DNA of 60,672 bases, counting the filler, from Dirinaria sp. TL-2023a (taxonomy: Eukaryota), in the NCBI GenBank assembly GCA_051941275.1. It is 6 parts of 6 records of this genome, joined end to end, with 100 filler letters (N's around TTAATTAATTAA, not from the genome) between each part and the next. Parts side by side here need not be neighbours in the genome. Positions count along the whole stretch, not along the records: positions 20,289 to 30,326 come from JAVEBF010000984.1; positions 30,427 to 40,453 come from JAVEBF010000985.1; 4 more parts are not named here. The stretch is one strand, 5' to 3'. Positions within the stretch are counted from its first letter, which is position 1. Each line of letters opens with the position of its first letter. Positions 21,857-34,250 of this stretch are shown here, piece after piece. A program made the translations under genes and the position numbers. Below the pieces are notes generated by a model. It saw only the letters and a program-made list of their open reading frames with translations, was not told the DNA's origin and did no database searches.

Positions 21857-23062
21857 TTAAGCAATCTTGCGACCGACGTTTCCAATGCCTTTGCCGACGA
21901 TACTTAACATTACATCACCTTCTTGATTTGATTCTCTCAGACCCCAGCCACTTGTTCCGAACGCTCTTAGATCACGGCCGAATGAGACCAATTCTTCATT
22001 TCCAATGACCTCTCGTCCCACCTGGAGCCTACCAACGTCTTCTGAACCCATGGCCATGAGCGTGAGCACGGTTGGAGCTGCTGCCAATGAGATGCTACCT
22101 CCAAGGGCAATATTGTCAAGTAGCTGAAAGGCACACTGTTGCCCAAGGTCCTCTGGCGGCATGCCCCCACTTGGAGGCGAAGCAACATCCGCGGAGTACA
22201 GTGAGCCAGTAGTGGATTCTGCGACCAACGACAGACCAAAACCAATACCGGTTTTCTTCTTTCCATTTGGATCTGCTTTATTCGTCGAAGGTAATAAAGG
22301 TGCAGAAGAAACATCGGAGAACACGTATGTATCCCCTGTCATAGGGTTGAGAACGCCTCTAGCGGCCTCGATCATTCGAGCATTATTCGATGCGGAGACA
22401 CCGGTAGAATAAGCGACTCCTCTGATCTTCTTTATTCGCCCAGAGTTTAGCAGATGGATTGTCTTAGGAAGCCGAACTTGATGCCCGAAGACAAGCTGAA
22501 CCTCACCCGCTCCGCCTTTTCCGCCTGAACCAAGATTGGAACGCCTTAGTATCCTCAATTCAATGTTATTAGATATACCGAAGTTGGCATACAAAGGTAG
22601 AATAGCAGTCCGTACACTGTCCACGGACATATCCCCGGCTGGAGTAGCAGCGGTGACCACGCCAGGACCTGTGAAAAGGATGTTGATGGGTGCTTGAGAG
22701 AAAGGAGCTAGGAGACATAAGGGGAGTAGGAAGTAGCTAACGCCTCTTGTACAAGCCGCAGGAAGCTCGTGTTTAATGACTCCTCCGCTTGCTCCTGACC
22801 CCGGTGCACTCCCTGTAATCAAACCTGGTCGGTAGAGCAACGTTGTGCCGGTATAGGAAATTTCAATGTTTGATCCATTTGTAACAGCTTCAAGAAGACG
22901 AAGGAAGGAAATTTCGTGAGGTGCGAGGCCAGGATTAGTATGCGACGAAGGTCGAATTTGGGATATATGGACAGCACGGCCTGTCAGAGTGGAAAGGACG
23001 AGGCGGTGAGTGAGTGCCTTCTGGGTCTTGAACTTTATGGGCACCTGCGGTGTGCTTGACAT
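21857..23062 (-). CDS. RCL1: RNA 3'-terminal phosphate cyclase-like protein (18S rRNA biogenesis)
   Basis: 401-aa intronless ORF: RLVLSTLTGRAVHISQIR, PGLAPHEISFLRLL, TNGSNIEISYTGT, PPEDLG, C-terminal GIGNVGRKIA. Confidence 0.95.
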   Translation of the reverse strand: MSSTPQVPIKFKTQKALTHRLVLSTLTGRAVHISQIRPSSHTNPGLAPHEISFLRLLEAVTNGSNIEISYTGTTLLYRPGLITGSAPGSGASGGVIKHELPAACTRGVSYFLLPLCLLAPFSQAPINILFTGPGVVTAATPAGDMSVDSVRTAILPLYANFGISNNIELRILRRSNLGSGGKGGAGEVQLVFGHQVRLPKTIHLLNSGRIKKIRGVAYSTGVSASNNARMIEAARGVLNPMTGDTYVFSDVSSAPLLPSTNKADPNGKKKTGIGFGLSLVAESTTGSLYSADVASPPSGGMPPEDLGQQCAFQLLDNIALGGSISLAAAPTVLTLMAMGSEDVGRLQVGREVIGNEELVSFGRDLRAFGTSGWGLRESNQEGDVMLSIVGKGIGNVGRKIA

Positions 23063-23450
23063 TCCTATGCTATGAGTGCAGTACCTTAGGATGTTTGTGC
23101 GTAGTTACAGGACGTAAGTAGTGAAGAAAGTTGAAGCGACCAAATACCCAACCTGATTGGGTCTCTGACCCATTTCTGCAAGGCTTGGCCAGTGGTATCA
23201 TTACACTAGTAAGGTAAAGTAGTCGTTACTACAAAGCTATTATCGATAAGGATTGAAGAATTGGTGAGAATTGGTTGTTGTTGTCTATCGCCGAGGTTCG
23301 GATCAAAGACTTTCCCGCTAATGAGGGATTAAGATGCCACTCACGCCACTACCATACTTTATATACTGTACCTTTAGTAATCAGCGAATGGTGTTTGAAG
23401 ATGTCCTTCGTCCAGATTCCTAATTGTCACCTTTGGTTTGCGCAATCAAG

Positions 23451-24082
23451 ATGCTATCAAGTCCACTGAATCTGCCAAGATGGCAAGCTGTTCCTCTCCT
23501 CGTGTATCCTATGCGTTGAACTAATCTTTGCAGGCTCGAGGAGAATTCTCATTTGCTACAACCGCCCATCAATAACTACTGTGTTTACAACAAGGACGTG
23601 ACCGTCATGGTACACATGCATTTGGATCTTCAACAAAGCCGTCAAGCGCTGATACTTACTAGATCGTTGGCGGACCCAATGCGCGAACGGATTATCACAT
23701 CAATGAGACTGCCGAGTGGTTCTACCAGTATAAAGGATCGATGCTGCTTAAGGTGGTCGATGAGGGCAGTTTCCGGGACATCGCCATACACGAGGGAGAA
23801 ATGTTTCTCTTGCCTCCAAATACGCCCCACAACCCGATTCGCTTTGCAGATACGGTTGGTATAGTCCTTGAGCAGCCACGGCCTGCAGAGAGTAAAGATC
23901 GCTTGCGCTGGTATTGTCAGAATTGCGGGAATATGGTTCACGAGGCAGCGTTCCACTGCTCGGATCTTGGAACTCAGATTAAGGGAGCTGTCAATAGCTT
24001 CAAGGAGGATGAGGAGAAGCGGAAGTGCAAGCAGTGCGGAGAGACTGTGGAGATGGTTCCTCGAGGAGTTGTCCAACCTTGA
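23451..24082 (+). CDS. BNA1: 3-hydroxyanthranilate 3,4-dioxygenase (kynurenine pathway to NAD)
   Basis: Spliced product [25 protein letters not shown]...[24 protein letters not shown]...[14 protein letters not shown] with CxxC/CxxC rubredoxin-like site. Introns 23483-23533 (GC-AG) and 23610-23662. Confidence 0.95.
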
Positions 24083-27000
24083 AAATTGTTGTGGAACACG
24101 TACATTGCTGTACTTGAAAATCAGCAATTTGATTCAATCGTGATTAAATTGCTTTACCCATGCTATTAAAGAGTGCGCAGGGTGAGTCTGGTTGGGGCCA
24201 AGAGTGCTAAGGCTGTCACTTAGCAATATCTCATGCGAATTTGTAAATTACTATGACAGCAGCTTATAAGGTATTTTGTGTAAAATACGGCTCAATAAGG
24301 AAAGGTTGATACCTTACGCTTATCTAAAATAAGCGAACTCTTGTAAATAGGAATAGCGCGCGGTACGTGAGCCACCATCTCACTCGTGCAATGCATTGTC
24401 ATCAATATCCTGGCAAGGATAGAACTCATCAGTCGTCGAAGTGTACAGCTTCCAACGCTCAGAGCGAGTCCTTCGCACTGTGTTATGGCTAGTAACATTC
24501 CAATCTCCACTACTGGCCCCCAACTAATCACCCCTCTTTGTGGAACTTGACCTCATAATGGGCCATGATAAGGTGAGCAGTCTCTCTGGCAAGGTGGTGA
24601 CCGCGTTGCGTCTGTCACTTATTTCCTAAGTTCATACATATGATAAGGCGGACTTGCACTCTGAAAGCTGCTGATCAGTGGTAATACAGACTGGGAAAAA
24701 CTCATGCCTCGCCAGCCTTCCTTCAAGATTTCCACCGATTTCGGTAGGGAAAGCCGTATACCCTGAGTCACTACCACTTTGAGTGAGTGAATTTGACATC
24801 ACTACAACAAAAAGATAAGGACATATGAATAGGGGAGTACCTCCAGAAAAGGAACAGAGTAACAAAGTGCACAGTAAAGTTCATTGGGCACATTTTCTGC
24901 TCTCTACTTGAGATTCGAAAAACGCTGGACTTTCTTCCTCATTGTGAGGCTAACAGCATGCGCAGCCTGCTGCAATACCTTACGTACAGTGTGCTCAGGT
25001 TGAGCTACCAATGACCATTCAAGAATAGGTGATGTTCCCTATTGGGAATGCCAAGATTCAGTCAGCCAGTCTATTGTAGGTCCCCCTCACAGTAAACGAG
25101 AATGCATTATCACTTGCCAAAACAGGATGCTTAACCAGAGAGATGTGAGTAATGGTGAGTGTAAGAGCAGGTAATCTGAATAACAGCTTAATGCCGAGGT
25201 CATTCCACACTTAGCCTTAGCAAGAGTAGAACCAAGGGTGTTAGTGTCCAATCTCTGTTCCAGATTTCGAGAGCTAAAAGACCTCGAACAAGACGATATA
25301 TTACGTCCGTGCGATCGACTTTAAAAAAATTGTCTATTCTGAGAAACCAACCTTTCCAGCATCCGAGCACTGGTCCGTCTCATGAGCTTCCCTATCAATC
25401 GACCTGCGGCAAGGGTCATGCCAATTAGGTATATTATGAGTAATGCCAAAGGCTGACCGACAGACTTCCACGATATTACTTGCAAGAAGCGCTGCAATCT
25501 GCAATGCTGAACTGACCAAGACGTTCATACTGAGTGTATAACTTGTCTTTTCATGGCAAATTGTAATCCAAGCGGTTGATAGGGATCTATCCGGACATTA
25601 TAGCCAAGAGGCAAGATTCGATATTTCCCATCTTCGGTGATGGTACGAGTCAAAGTTCACTGTGCGGCATGGAGTGGCACAATCTGTAGTTGTCAGCTCA
25701 AAACGATATATGCTTTGGGTTGTTGTAGTCGTGGTCGACTAGGCGATCTTCGCGTTAGTATGGCCTTTTTCTTCAGGTCAAGAGTGCAAGTACCAGTGCT
25801 TTGGAAGACGCTGTGCCTGAGCTGTCTGATGGGCGCCCCAACCGCTTACGAAAATTCCGCTTGACGCTGCCGTGTGTCGATCGGTCGAGATGTCCTCAAA
25901 GCGAATAACGCAGTTGGAATGTGTTAAGAGTGGGTTGATGATGACCGGCAGAACTCGGATATGTCCTGGATCCCCGGAAATGGGACGCATACTCTGTTAT
26001 GCAAAATCTCTGTATTCTCTTCGTCCTATTCTCTTTACGTAGAGCAGTGGCTCTATGCGAAATCTCTTGTTGAATGTTTTCAATTTTTGTGAGACCTTTC
26101 TGTGCTGGAATCTCGCACCATTTATCGACGCTGTAGTGCATCGCGCGATGTGGGCTCCCAGACTGGCAATATTATTATCTTCATTAAATTTTCTCTCTGG
26201 TGGCCATCATTTAACTTAGGCGCATCCCTACGGAATCATGACCAGTATGGCATACTACTTTCTCCTTCAGTAGGTTCCACAATTCTCTTATCGGTCTTGG
26301 ACCTATCTATTCGTTCTCCTCTTGTCATCATTCTTCATTGGCGACCTGGTGGCTCACGAGACACCACGAACCAGTGCTTAGCTTTAAATTTCTCTGGACT
26401 CAAGGATTGAATTCATCAATGCGCTGTGGCTCAAGTACCGATCATTTCTCAAGGCTTTCTTTGATGCTATGGGCATACTGGGCGGCAGTCCAGAAGCCCC
26501 GAAAACCGAGCGGCGTCTGTAAGGACGCATGTGGCATGGTGCAAACAGGAGGCAATCCCGGCCTCGGGCGCATGCACCTTGCTGATACACTTGCGGTGTG
26601 TCAAGGGCTTGGTATGACAGTTTTAGCCTACGGCAAGGCATTGATCGCTCTCCACGGTGGCTCCGGAGTGATCAAGAGCAGTCGCGAGCTCGACGATGCC
26701 AGGTGATTGTCGCAGGAAGAAGGAGGACAATGAATGGGAGGATGTCGATACATTATTATTGGGCTGATGCAGATGATAAGGGCAGGACGTGCCGGATAGC
26801 GGAGCAAGGAAGGTCAACGCGCTAGGGGAACGGTTTAGAGCGAAAGGATCTGATTCGTTCAGTCTTGGCTCGCCCGGGTGGAAGACTTTAATCGATGAGT
26901 TGCACCTGCCACCATCAGCTTTTTCTTTCTTCCATCAACCTCTGCTACCGCTTCTTCATCAACCATAATCTGTGTGATCGATCTGGGCTGAGATACCGAT

Positions 27001-27414
27001 ATTGCAGCTATCTTCGAGTACCTCGCCGCTCTTTCCATAGTGTACCGACAGTACTAGGTAGCAGCAATATATTGTTGGGCTTCTTCAATGTAAGTGATGG
27101 CTGTGTCTCCAGCTTTTCCTACTCCGGCAGGTTTTAAAGCCATTACGCGCAACTTTCTGGATCCGCGATCATCACCCGCGCACATCAAACTTCACCTGCT
27201 CACAGCACTTCTCCACATTCACTTTCCTCCGCAGCTGCGCAGCTCTCATTTTTGATCGCTGTTATTCTCTATATCATTTCCTGCAAGACTGTCTATGCTC
27301 AGAAGCTCTACTTTGTCGTATGTGCTGCTTCGGTTATTGGGCACGCGTATAAGCTTACAAGATCTATCTCCAGCAAACCGTGCGAGATCCTCAACTCAAC
27401 CAGTCCGCTGCATT

Positions 27415-29532
27415 ATGGCCGAAGAAACCAAGGCTGCAACCTCCTCAAACCCATCTACTGAGCCTAAAGAACCGATCAACACTGGAAACTCTGTGGACAT
27501 GAGTGCAGGGAGTGAAACGAAGTTGACTAATGAAGGTATGAGTCTGGATGCGCTTTCCCGATCACAACACATCACAGCTATCGACTCGGTATAACATGTA
27601 CTGACCTTTTCCTCTAACAGAACCAAAGATCAATGGCAGTGCCGAGCATACGGCCAACGAAATCTCTGACCAAGTCGATACAGCTGCTGCAGGATCTGAA
27701 GATACCGAAATGAAAAACATGGAGGCTGTCCCTGACACTGTTGCTTCAGGCTCGGAACAGGCTGCAGTACCAGTAACCCCTACTGCAGTCTCAGCCAAGA
27801 AAGCCAGCAATGGCTCCAGTAAGAGGAAGTCTTCCGGTGTTCCGGAGCACAAGACGAAGAAATTGAACAAGAAGAGATCGAAACCGGCTATCACCCACTT
27901 AGACGCGCAACCTGGAGAGTATTATCTTGCTCGGATGAAGGGTCATCCTCCTTGGCCATCTGTCATCTGTGACGAGGAGATGCTACCCCAGAGCTTGATC
28001 GATACCCGCCCAGTGACAACCAAACTACCAGATGGTACTTTCAAAAAGCCCGAGTATGCGGAAGGAGGCAAGCGTGCGCATGAGCGGACCTTTCCCATCA
28101 TGTTCTTGTAAGCACACCTCTCACATGACTTCTCATCAGTGCTAACAGAGATAGACAAACCAACGAGTTGTAAGTCTCAAAGCTACAATCGAGCATCTCC
28201 TTTCCATGTCAATAACGCTATCTGGTTAACACTTCTATAGTGCCTGGATGCCGAATACTGATCTTACTTCTCTCGACCCAACAACTTGTGCTGGTGTAGA
28301 CCCGAAGGGCAAGTCTAAGGTACTTGTAGCTGCTTACGAGAAAGCGTCAGAGAATCAGAGCCTTGATCACTTCAAAAAGGTTCTTCAGGATCATCAGGAA
28401 GCGTTACAAGCTGATGCCGAAGCCCAAGCTGAGCGTGAGGCAAAAAAAGCTAGTAAATCTAAGAGAAAGAGCGTTGACGCCTCTGCATTGACCGAAGATG
28501 CCGACGAGATGGAAGTTGATGAGGCTCCGGAGGCTGCTAAGCCCAAGTCTAAGAAACGTAAGAAGGAGGCTGCCGACGGCGATGATGGTGAAGAAAAGGT
28601 GAGTTATCTCTTCCTGCGCTTCGTGAGAAGGAACGCTAACGATCCTATCAGCCTGCGAAGACTCCCAAGACGAGCACAAAACTCAAATTATCTACTCCTA
28701 AAACACCTGCTACCGAGCCTACCAAAAAGAAGGCACCCGCTAAACCAAAAGCTTCTACGGGTAAGAAGGCAGCAGCGAAGGTCACCAGCGATGAAGATGT
28801 AGTCGATACGCCAAAAGCTGAGGAGAAGCCGCTCACTGCAGAGGAGAAGAAAGAAAAGAAGGAAAAGATGGGTCAGTTCGTTCAGACCGTGACTCAAGTT
28901 CTGGATGTCTAACCTTCTCTAGTCCTCTACTACCGGCACAAACTCCAGCGTACCTTCTTGTCACGAGACACCATGCCAAAGGAAGAAGAGATGAAGGTAT
29001 CACTAGAAGATTCTTGTTCCGTGTTACTTTCACTGATCACACGCAGCCTATGTCCGACTTCCTCAAGGAACTCGAGAACTATCCAGATCTTGAAGGAAGC
29101 ATTATACGCACAACAAAGATCCACAAAGTTCTGAAGGCTATGCTCAAGCTGCCTTCTATTCCTCTTGACGAACAATTCACATTTAAACAACGTGCCCACA
29201 AGCTACTCGACAAATGGAACGATATTCTTATCAACGAGCCTAATCCGCCTGTTGGTGATAAAAACGAGGAGTCGAAACCCGAAGCTAGTACAGCAACTAC
29301 AAATGGCGAGAGCAAGGACGTTGAAAAGCAGGCGAAGATTTCAGAAGCTGGGAAGGCTGCAGATGCCGCTGCACCGGAAGAGGAAGACAAGAAAGAGACC
29401 GAGAGCAAGATTGGCACAACCACTGAGGGAAAGAAAGATGCCGAGAAGGTCGTTGAGGGAGCAAATTCTGGCGCACCAGTTGAGGTGCATCAACCCTCAG
29501 CTGTCGAGGCCGTCGAGGAGCCCGCTGCATGA
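27415..29532 (+). CDS. PWWP-domain chromatin protein (Pdp3-like) with C-terminal TFIIS-N-like helical domain
   Basis: YLARMKGHPPWPSVICDEEMLP (PWWP) and IIRTTKIHKVLKAMLKLPSIP...RAHKLLDKW. Multiple GT-AG introns, including a 15-nt microexon at 28155-28169. Confidence 0.9.
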
Positions 29533-30326
29533 GCATGCTCTGTTGCTCGCTAACATTGTCCTCGGCGGTATACACTAATTCTTTCCGACAATCATCTGCA
29601 GCCTGAGTGTTGATGCGGTAAAATGAGCATCAAATTTGATAGGCTTATTAGGTACGAGATGGGTTTGCGTGGTTTTTACAATGAATGCATACTTGCTGAG
29701 CTTTGATTGACTGGGCCCTGCCTCTTTTTTGGAGCAGTGGAATGGACTCAAAGCAATCAGCAATCAGCAATCGTATGGTGAAAAGAGACAGATTGTGCAT
29801 GGTGATTACTTATCCGAGCTCATTTTTGTACGTAAGAGCAGATACCTCTGCAAGGCCTTCGGTCTCTGGCACCCTCAATGGAAAGAGAGACAATTGATTA
29901 ATCAATCAAAAAGTTCATATGCCTAATCTGTAATCGGTAATGTTAATTCATTGCACAGCCTGAGTCGAAATCTAACAATTACATTACTGAAAAAGAGTCT
30001 GGGATGCTTTGGCTGTCTGCTCACTCTTGTATAAAGTAAGTACAACAGTATCTGTCGAGAATTGAGATTCTATGCACCAAGCTGCAATCGTTTGGAGATC
30101 AAGAAGCCGACAAGATCCTGCAACCAGCAGAGCATCAATCCAAGAGCATACTGTACACAACCCAAAACCCACACTTCAGCACCTTGGTCTCCAGTTGTTG
30201 TGCCCATATGCATATAAAACAGAACAAGGACTCCATAGGGTATCTCATGCGTTTTCCCAAAGAAAAAAACCCCCTCCCGAAAACACCATAAAGAACCCCG
30301 AAACAGTCGAACTCTATTACTTATCC

Positions 30327-30426
30327 NNNNNNNNNNNNNNNNNNNNNNNNNNNNNNNNNNNNNNNNNNNNTTAATTAATTAANNNNNNNNNNNNNNNNNN
30401 NNNNNNNNNNNNNNNNNNNNNNNNNN
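30327..30426. other. Artificial contig-joining spacer
   Basis: N44-TTAATTAATTAA-N44. Confidence 0.98.
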
Positions 30427-31198
30427 GGGTGGTTTTAGGGTGCTGTATACTGCTGCGGTACGAAGTAACTATGAGATCGCGAATGAAATCCTATTGCTGC
30501 TGTTGATGCTGAGAAATGAGCATGTATGTTGGGGGGGTTTTGGGTCTGATTCTTTTTCAGCCATGACAACCCGTGTAGCAAGCACATCTATGAATAAATG
30601 GTACCGTATTCACCAACATGAGAGAGAGGGATAATTGCACGATTGCAGCGGGATTCGAATTTCAAAAGATCGGGATTCGATGGATGTTGTATGTATGTAC
30701 CGTATATGATTTCGGTGTAAGGAGGAAGAAAAGATTGGAAAAGAAAAAAAAAAAAAAAGCTCTTGCCAAGACTAACCCCATCTTCGCTCACACCTCTCCT
30801 CTCCTCAATGACATGATTTTGATTGATTAAATAGACGGATAAATCAATGTTGCATATATCAATCAATCAAACACATACAATTATAAAGCATGACTACTGC
30901 AATAGACGGGTACAGGGGGAATATAGATATCAAAAGGACTTGCCGTTTTGTTCTTATCCAGTAATCGCACCTGTTCAAATTCTCCCTTTCTGTCCTTTTT
31001 ATCTACAAGGGATATTGTAAACCCCCTATTCGGTTTACATTATATATAAATCTTTCTCTCTCCTTCACTCACCGTCCCCTTATCCTCTTCACCTCCTCCC
31101 TTTGCCCTTCCCCCCTTTCGCCACGCATTTCATTGCTCATGATTTGAAATTACTTACAAACGCATCTAGATATGCATATATGCATATCCATCCCAAAA

Positions 31199-31233
<35 letters not shown>

Positions 31234-31805
31234 AACTCCCGCTCCCAGGAACAAACAAAAAGAACCGCTATGCCCACGCCATGCCATCAAAAAAACATAT
31301 AACAATACGTAACCATGTAACGAATGTCGGGGTATCTGATTTGATTGAGACTGAATCGGATTTGCGAGGTAAGTGTAAGTCGTTTCCTGGAAACGGATCC
31401 TCCTCTTCCTTTGACATCTGATAGAAAGGAGGTTTTGGATACATTGAGATTTGCGTTTAGGACTGGGCGCAGAATGCGGGGTAGAGGAATAGGGATCGCA
31501 TCGGCCGTTCATGGTTTCGTGAGGAAGATTGGGTTTTCAGTGGCTTGAGCTCTTGTGGATTGGAAGATGGGTGTCGCTACTGGATACTGGCAGCCGAGGT
31601 GTTGCTGCAGGTGTCAGGTTGGGGACAAAGGGTATGATCCTTTTTGGCTGTGCGATCCTATCCTGCTCATGGAAAAGGGGATATGGGGTTTTCTTCTTCT
31701 CCGATCCTTGTTCAGGTGCCCGCATTTGCAGATGCGGTTCTGGGTGGGAACTGCATGATATACTTTCTTCGGTCTTGGGTCCGGAGTGGGGGGACGGTGT
31801 TCGGC

Positions 31806-32621
31806 TCAGAAAGTGCTCCAGTTCCAATCCCGCGGCACACTGCTAGCGACGCTCTTCTGTGCCTCGCGGCGGCTATTGATCCCCACAATGGGCGTGCTGG
31901 ATTCCTCCGTCCCGCCTGAGATGCTGTTCGCGCGCGAGATGCGCGCGGCTCGCCATTTGCAGTATTGGTTGTGGCAGTGCTGGCAAGCACGGCATTGCGG
32001 GCCTTTGGGATGGAATTCGGCGTCCTGGTTGAGCGGGATCGTGAAGGAGGAGTGCGTGTTGCAGAACACGTGCCCGCAGTATCGGCAGTGGTGGCGCCGT
32101 TGCAGGAAGGAGAAGGACGTCTGGCAGATGGGCGCGTCGCAGATCAGAGCATTAGCGTCCGGCTTCCAGTGTTCGCGCGTCGGTGGGCCAGTTATGGGCC
32201 CCAGGTCGTCTGTGGGGATTGACTCGTCCTCGCTAACTTTCCCCAGCGCTTTTTTCTTGCTCTCCGCTGTCGAGCGCCGGCTTACGGGTCGGCCGGTCGT
32301 TGTGCCGTCGAGACTGTCTGTGCTGCCGTGCACGCTTCGCGGCGGGGTCAGGGGTGATGGGCGGTGCGGTCGCTCAGTAGGGCGTAGGACGGCGGGAGTG
32401 TACATGGGCGACTTTGGCCCTCGTTGATGGAGCTGCGATAGGGGATCGGCGACGATTTCATTCTTCCGTGGTGAGGACGGCGACAGATTGACCGGTGTGC
32501 CTGTAGCCGATTCGATGGGGGACTGGTGGGCATATGGCCCAGGCATGTGGGGGAGTGTATGGCCATGGGAGTTGGGCGGGGTGGTGTATTGTTGCTGCGC
32601 GCGTGCCATGATCGTAGCCAT
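31806..32621 (-). CDS. FYVE zinc-finger (PI3P-binding) protein
   Basis: WKPD motif, RRHHCRYCGHVFC and CRAC; first ATG at 32621; C-terminal DWNWSTF. Confidence 0.92.
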   Translation of the reverse strand: MATIMARAQQQYTTPPNSHGHTLPHMPGPYAHQSPIESATGTPVNLSPSSPRKNEIVADPLSQLHQRGPKSPMYTPAVLRPTERPHRPSPLTPPRSVHGSTDSLDGTTTGRPVSRRSTAESKKKALGKVSEDESIPTDDLGPITGPPTREHWKPDANALICDAPICQTSFSFLQRRHHCRYCGHVFCNTHSSFTIPLNQDAEFHPKGPQCRACQHCHNQYCKWRAARISRANSISGGTEESSTPIVGINSRREAQKSVASSVPRDWNWSTF

Positions 32622-34079
32622 GTTCCTATGGGCTTCTTTGAGGGACGGCGGAGGAAGCTTGCACGCTTGCACGGGGGATACTGAATAGATTCCTTATCGA
32701 GGACTTGCTTTGTGCCAGTTGCGCTTGGGCAGAGGTAGGTGTGTGTGTGTGTGTGTCTATGTGTAAGATGTTGGTAATCTGAATTGTTACCTTACTTTAT
32801 GCAATGCCGGGTGGTCTTGCACACATGACAAGAATGCCGAGGAGACGATGTTGCATCTGGGGTTGTACAAGGGTGAAAAAGGGTGAAAAGGGATGGAACC
32901 ATGGGAAGCTGCGACGGAGTGAGAACCCTCTTGGCCCTCTTGGGCTTTGTGGTGATGCGAAAAGTCAAGTACGGTAAGGTAGTCGGTAGGTCGACTTTTC
33001 ACTCTCTTCTCCCACACCCTGACATGTGATTCCGGACTTCGATGCGATTTCGGATGACAGGCCGCAAAACAAAATACAAGGAGAAGCGAGCAATCACGAT
33101 CACAACTCTGTAAGGACTGAATAGTAAGTACAGTAATTATCCTCTGTGCAAAAACACGCACAGTGGTGGAGAGCGGTGGGAAGGGATGGGATGAAAATGG
33201 AGGGGTGGAGGAGGAGGAGACAAAGGAGAACAGCTTGGACATGATTTCGTATTACTATGTAATGTACTACTATTGCTTTTTCACAGCGACAATCAATTGG
33301 GGACCCTGGGGGATACGGGATGCTCGGTGCTAGTGGCGGATATACTTTTTAGTCCAAATGACCCGCCTCCATGGAAGGCCGCTAGATGCCCACCTGCATG
33401 CGATAGAGCTGCCGTTTGAAAATCGAAATGTCGAATCAAACCCCCCAAACCCGAGATCGCGAGCGCAGGATGCATTTCTGTGGCTGCCGATTTTTGCCCA
33501 CAGAACCATCGAACACAATCGCCTGTCGCTGCTCAGATCTCAAATGATGCATCGTTGTTACCCCGCGCTTTTCATGTCATTTTGCCCTCCTCCCGACAGG
33601 GCAATCCTCGCTATCTCGCGAGTCGGGTGAAGACGGATTGAGTTTGATCTTCATCATGCCAGCAAATATTTGGGGTGGTTCGAGCAATGCAGGGATCCCT
33701 TTGAACCCGGTCTAGCGTTTGGCAAGTGACATGGGCTCTGATAAACACGCAGAGACGCCGGGGCGGCAGATCGTTATTCCGCCATACCATGAGTGGCCAA
33801 ACGGCTAGGTACTGTGCCGGTGAAGTAGGCGAGGTAGGTAAGGTAATGTACACACAGTATGTACTTACAGACGGTAAGTGGCTTACAGGCTTCAGCCATA
33901 ACCACAGCCAGTGAAACTTGGTGCCGCTGCGTGTCATCAAACGATAGTGAGGCTTGAGGCTTAAGGTATTAGGTACTCGTACTTGTATTTTGGCCTATCT
34001 ATGTACATATGCTAAAATCCTGAAAGACCAGTTTAAATTTTAACTCAAAATTCCCGCTCTTCATGCCATGCCAGTGCAG

Positions 34080-34085
34080 CCTCGG
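34080..34085 (+). promoter_or_regulatory. CCTCGG (FarA/FarB-type fatty-acid-response core) upstream of the GST
   Basis: CAGCCTCGG, 166 nt upstream of ATG 34251. A single hexamer match that could be chance. Confidence 0.3.
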
Positions 34086-34250
34086 TGCCTGAATTATTCG
34101 AACTTGACGCAATTAGCCTGCACTGTCCAGACAGTCATTTTTCAATTTCATCCGCGACTAGCCGTAATCAGAGGATCTTCCTTCAACCGGGCACTACTAC
34201 TGTCCCCCTTTTCCAGATCATCTTTATTCCATACCAGTACGTCGCTGGAA

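Noticed and set aside
26260..26335. Minus-strand ATGATGA...CTGA as a C/D snoRNA
   Set aside because: No terminal stem and no rRNA-complementary guide that I could recognise.
31201..31231. A31 tract as a retroposon poly(A) tail
   Set aside because: No TSD or upstream element; poly-A/T runs are common near contig ends here.
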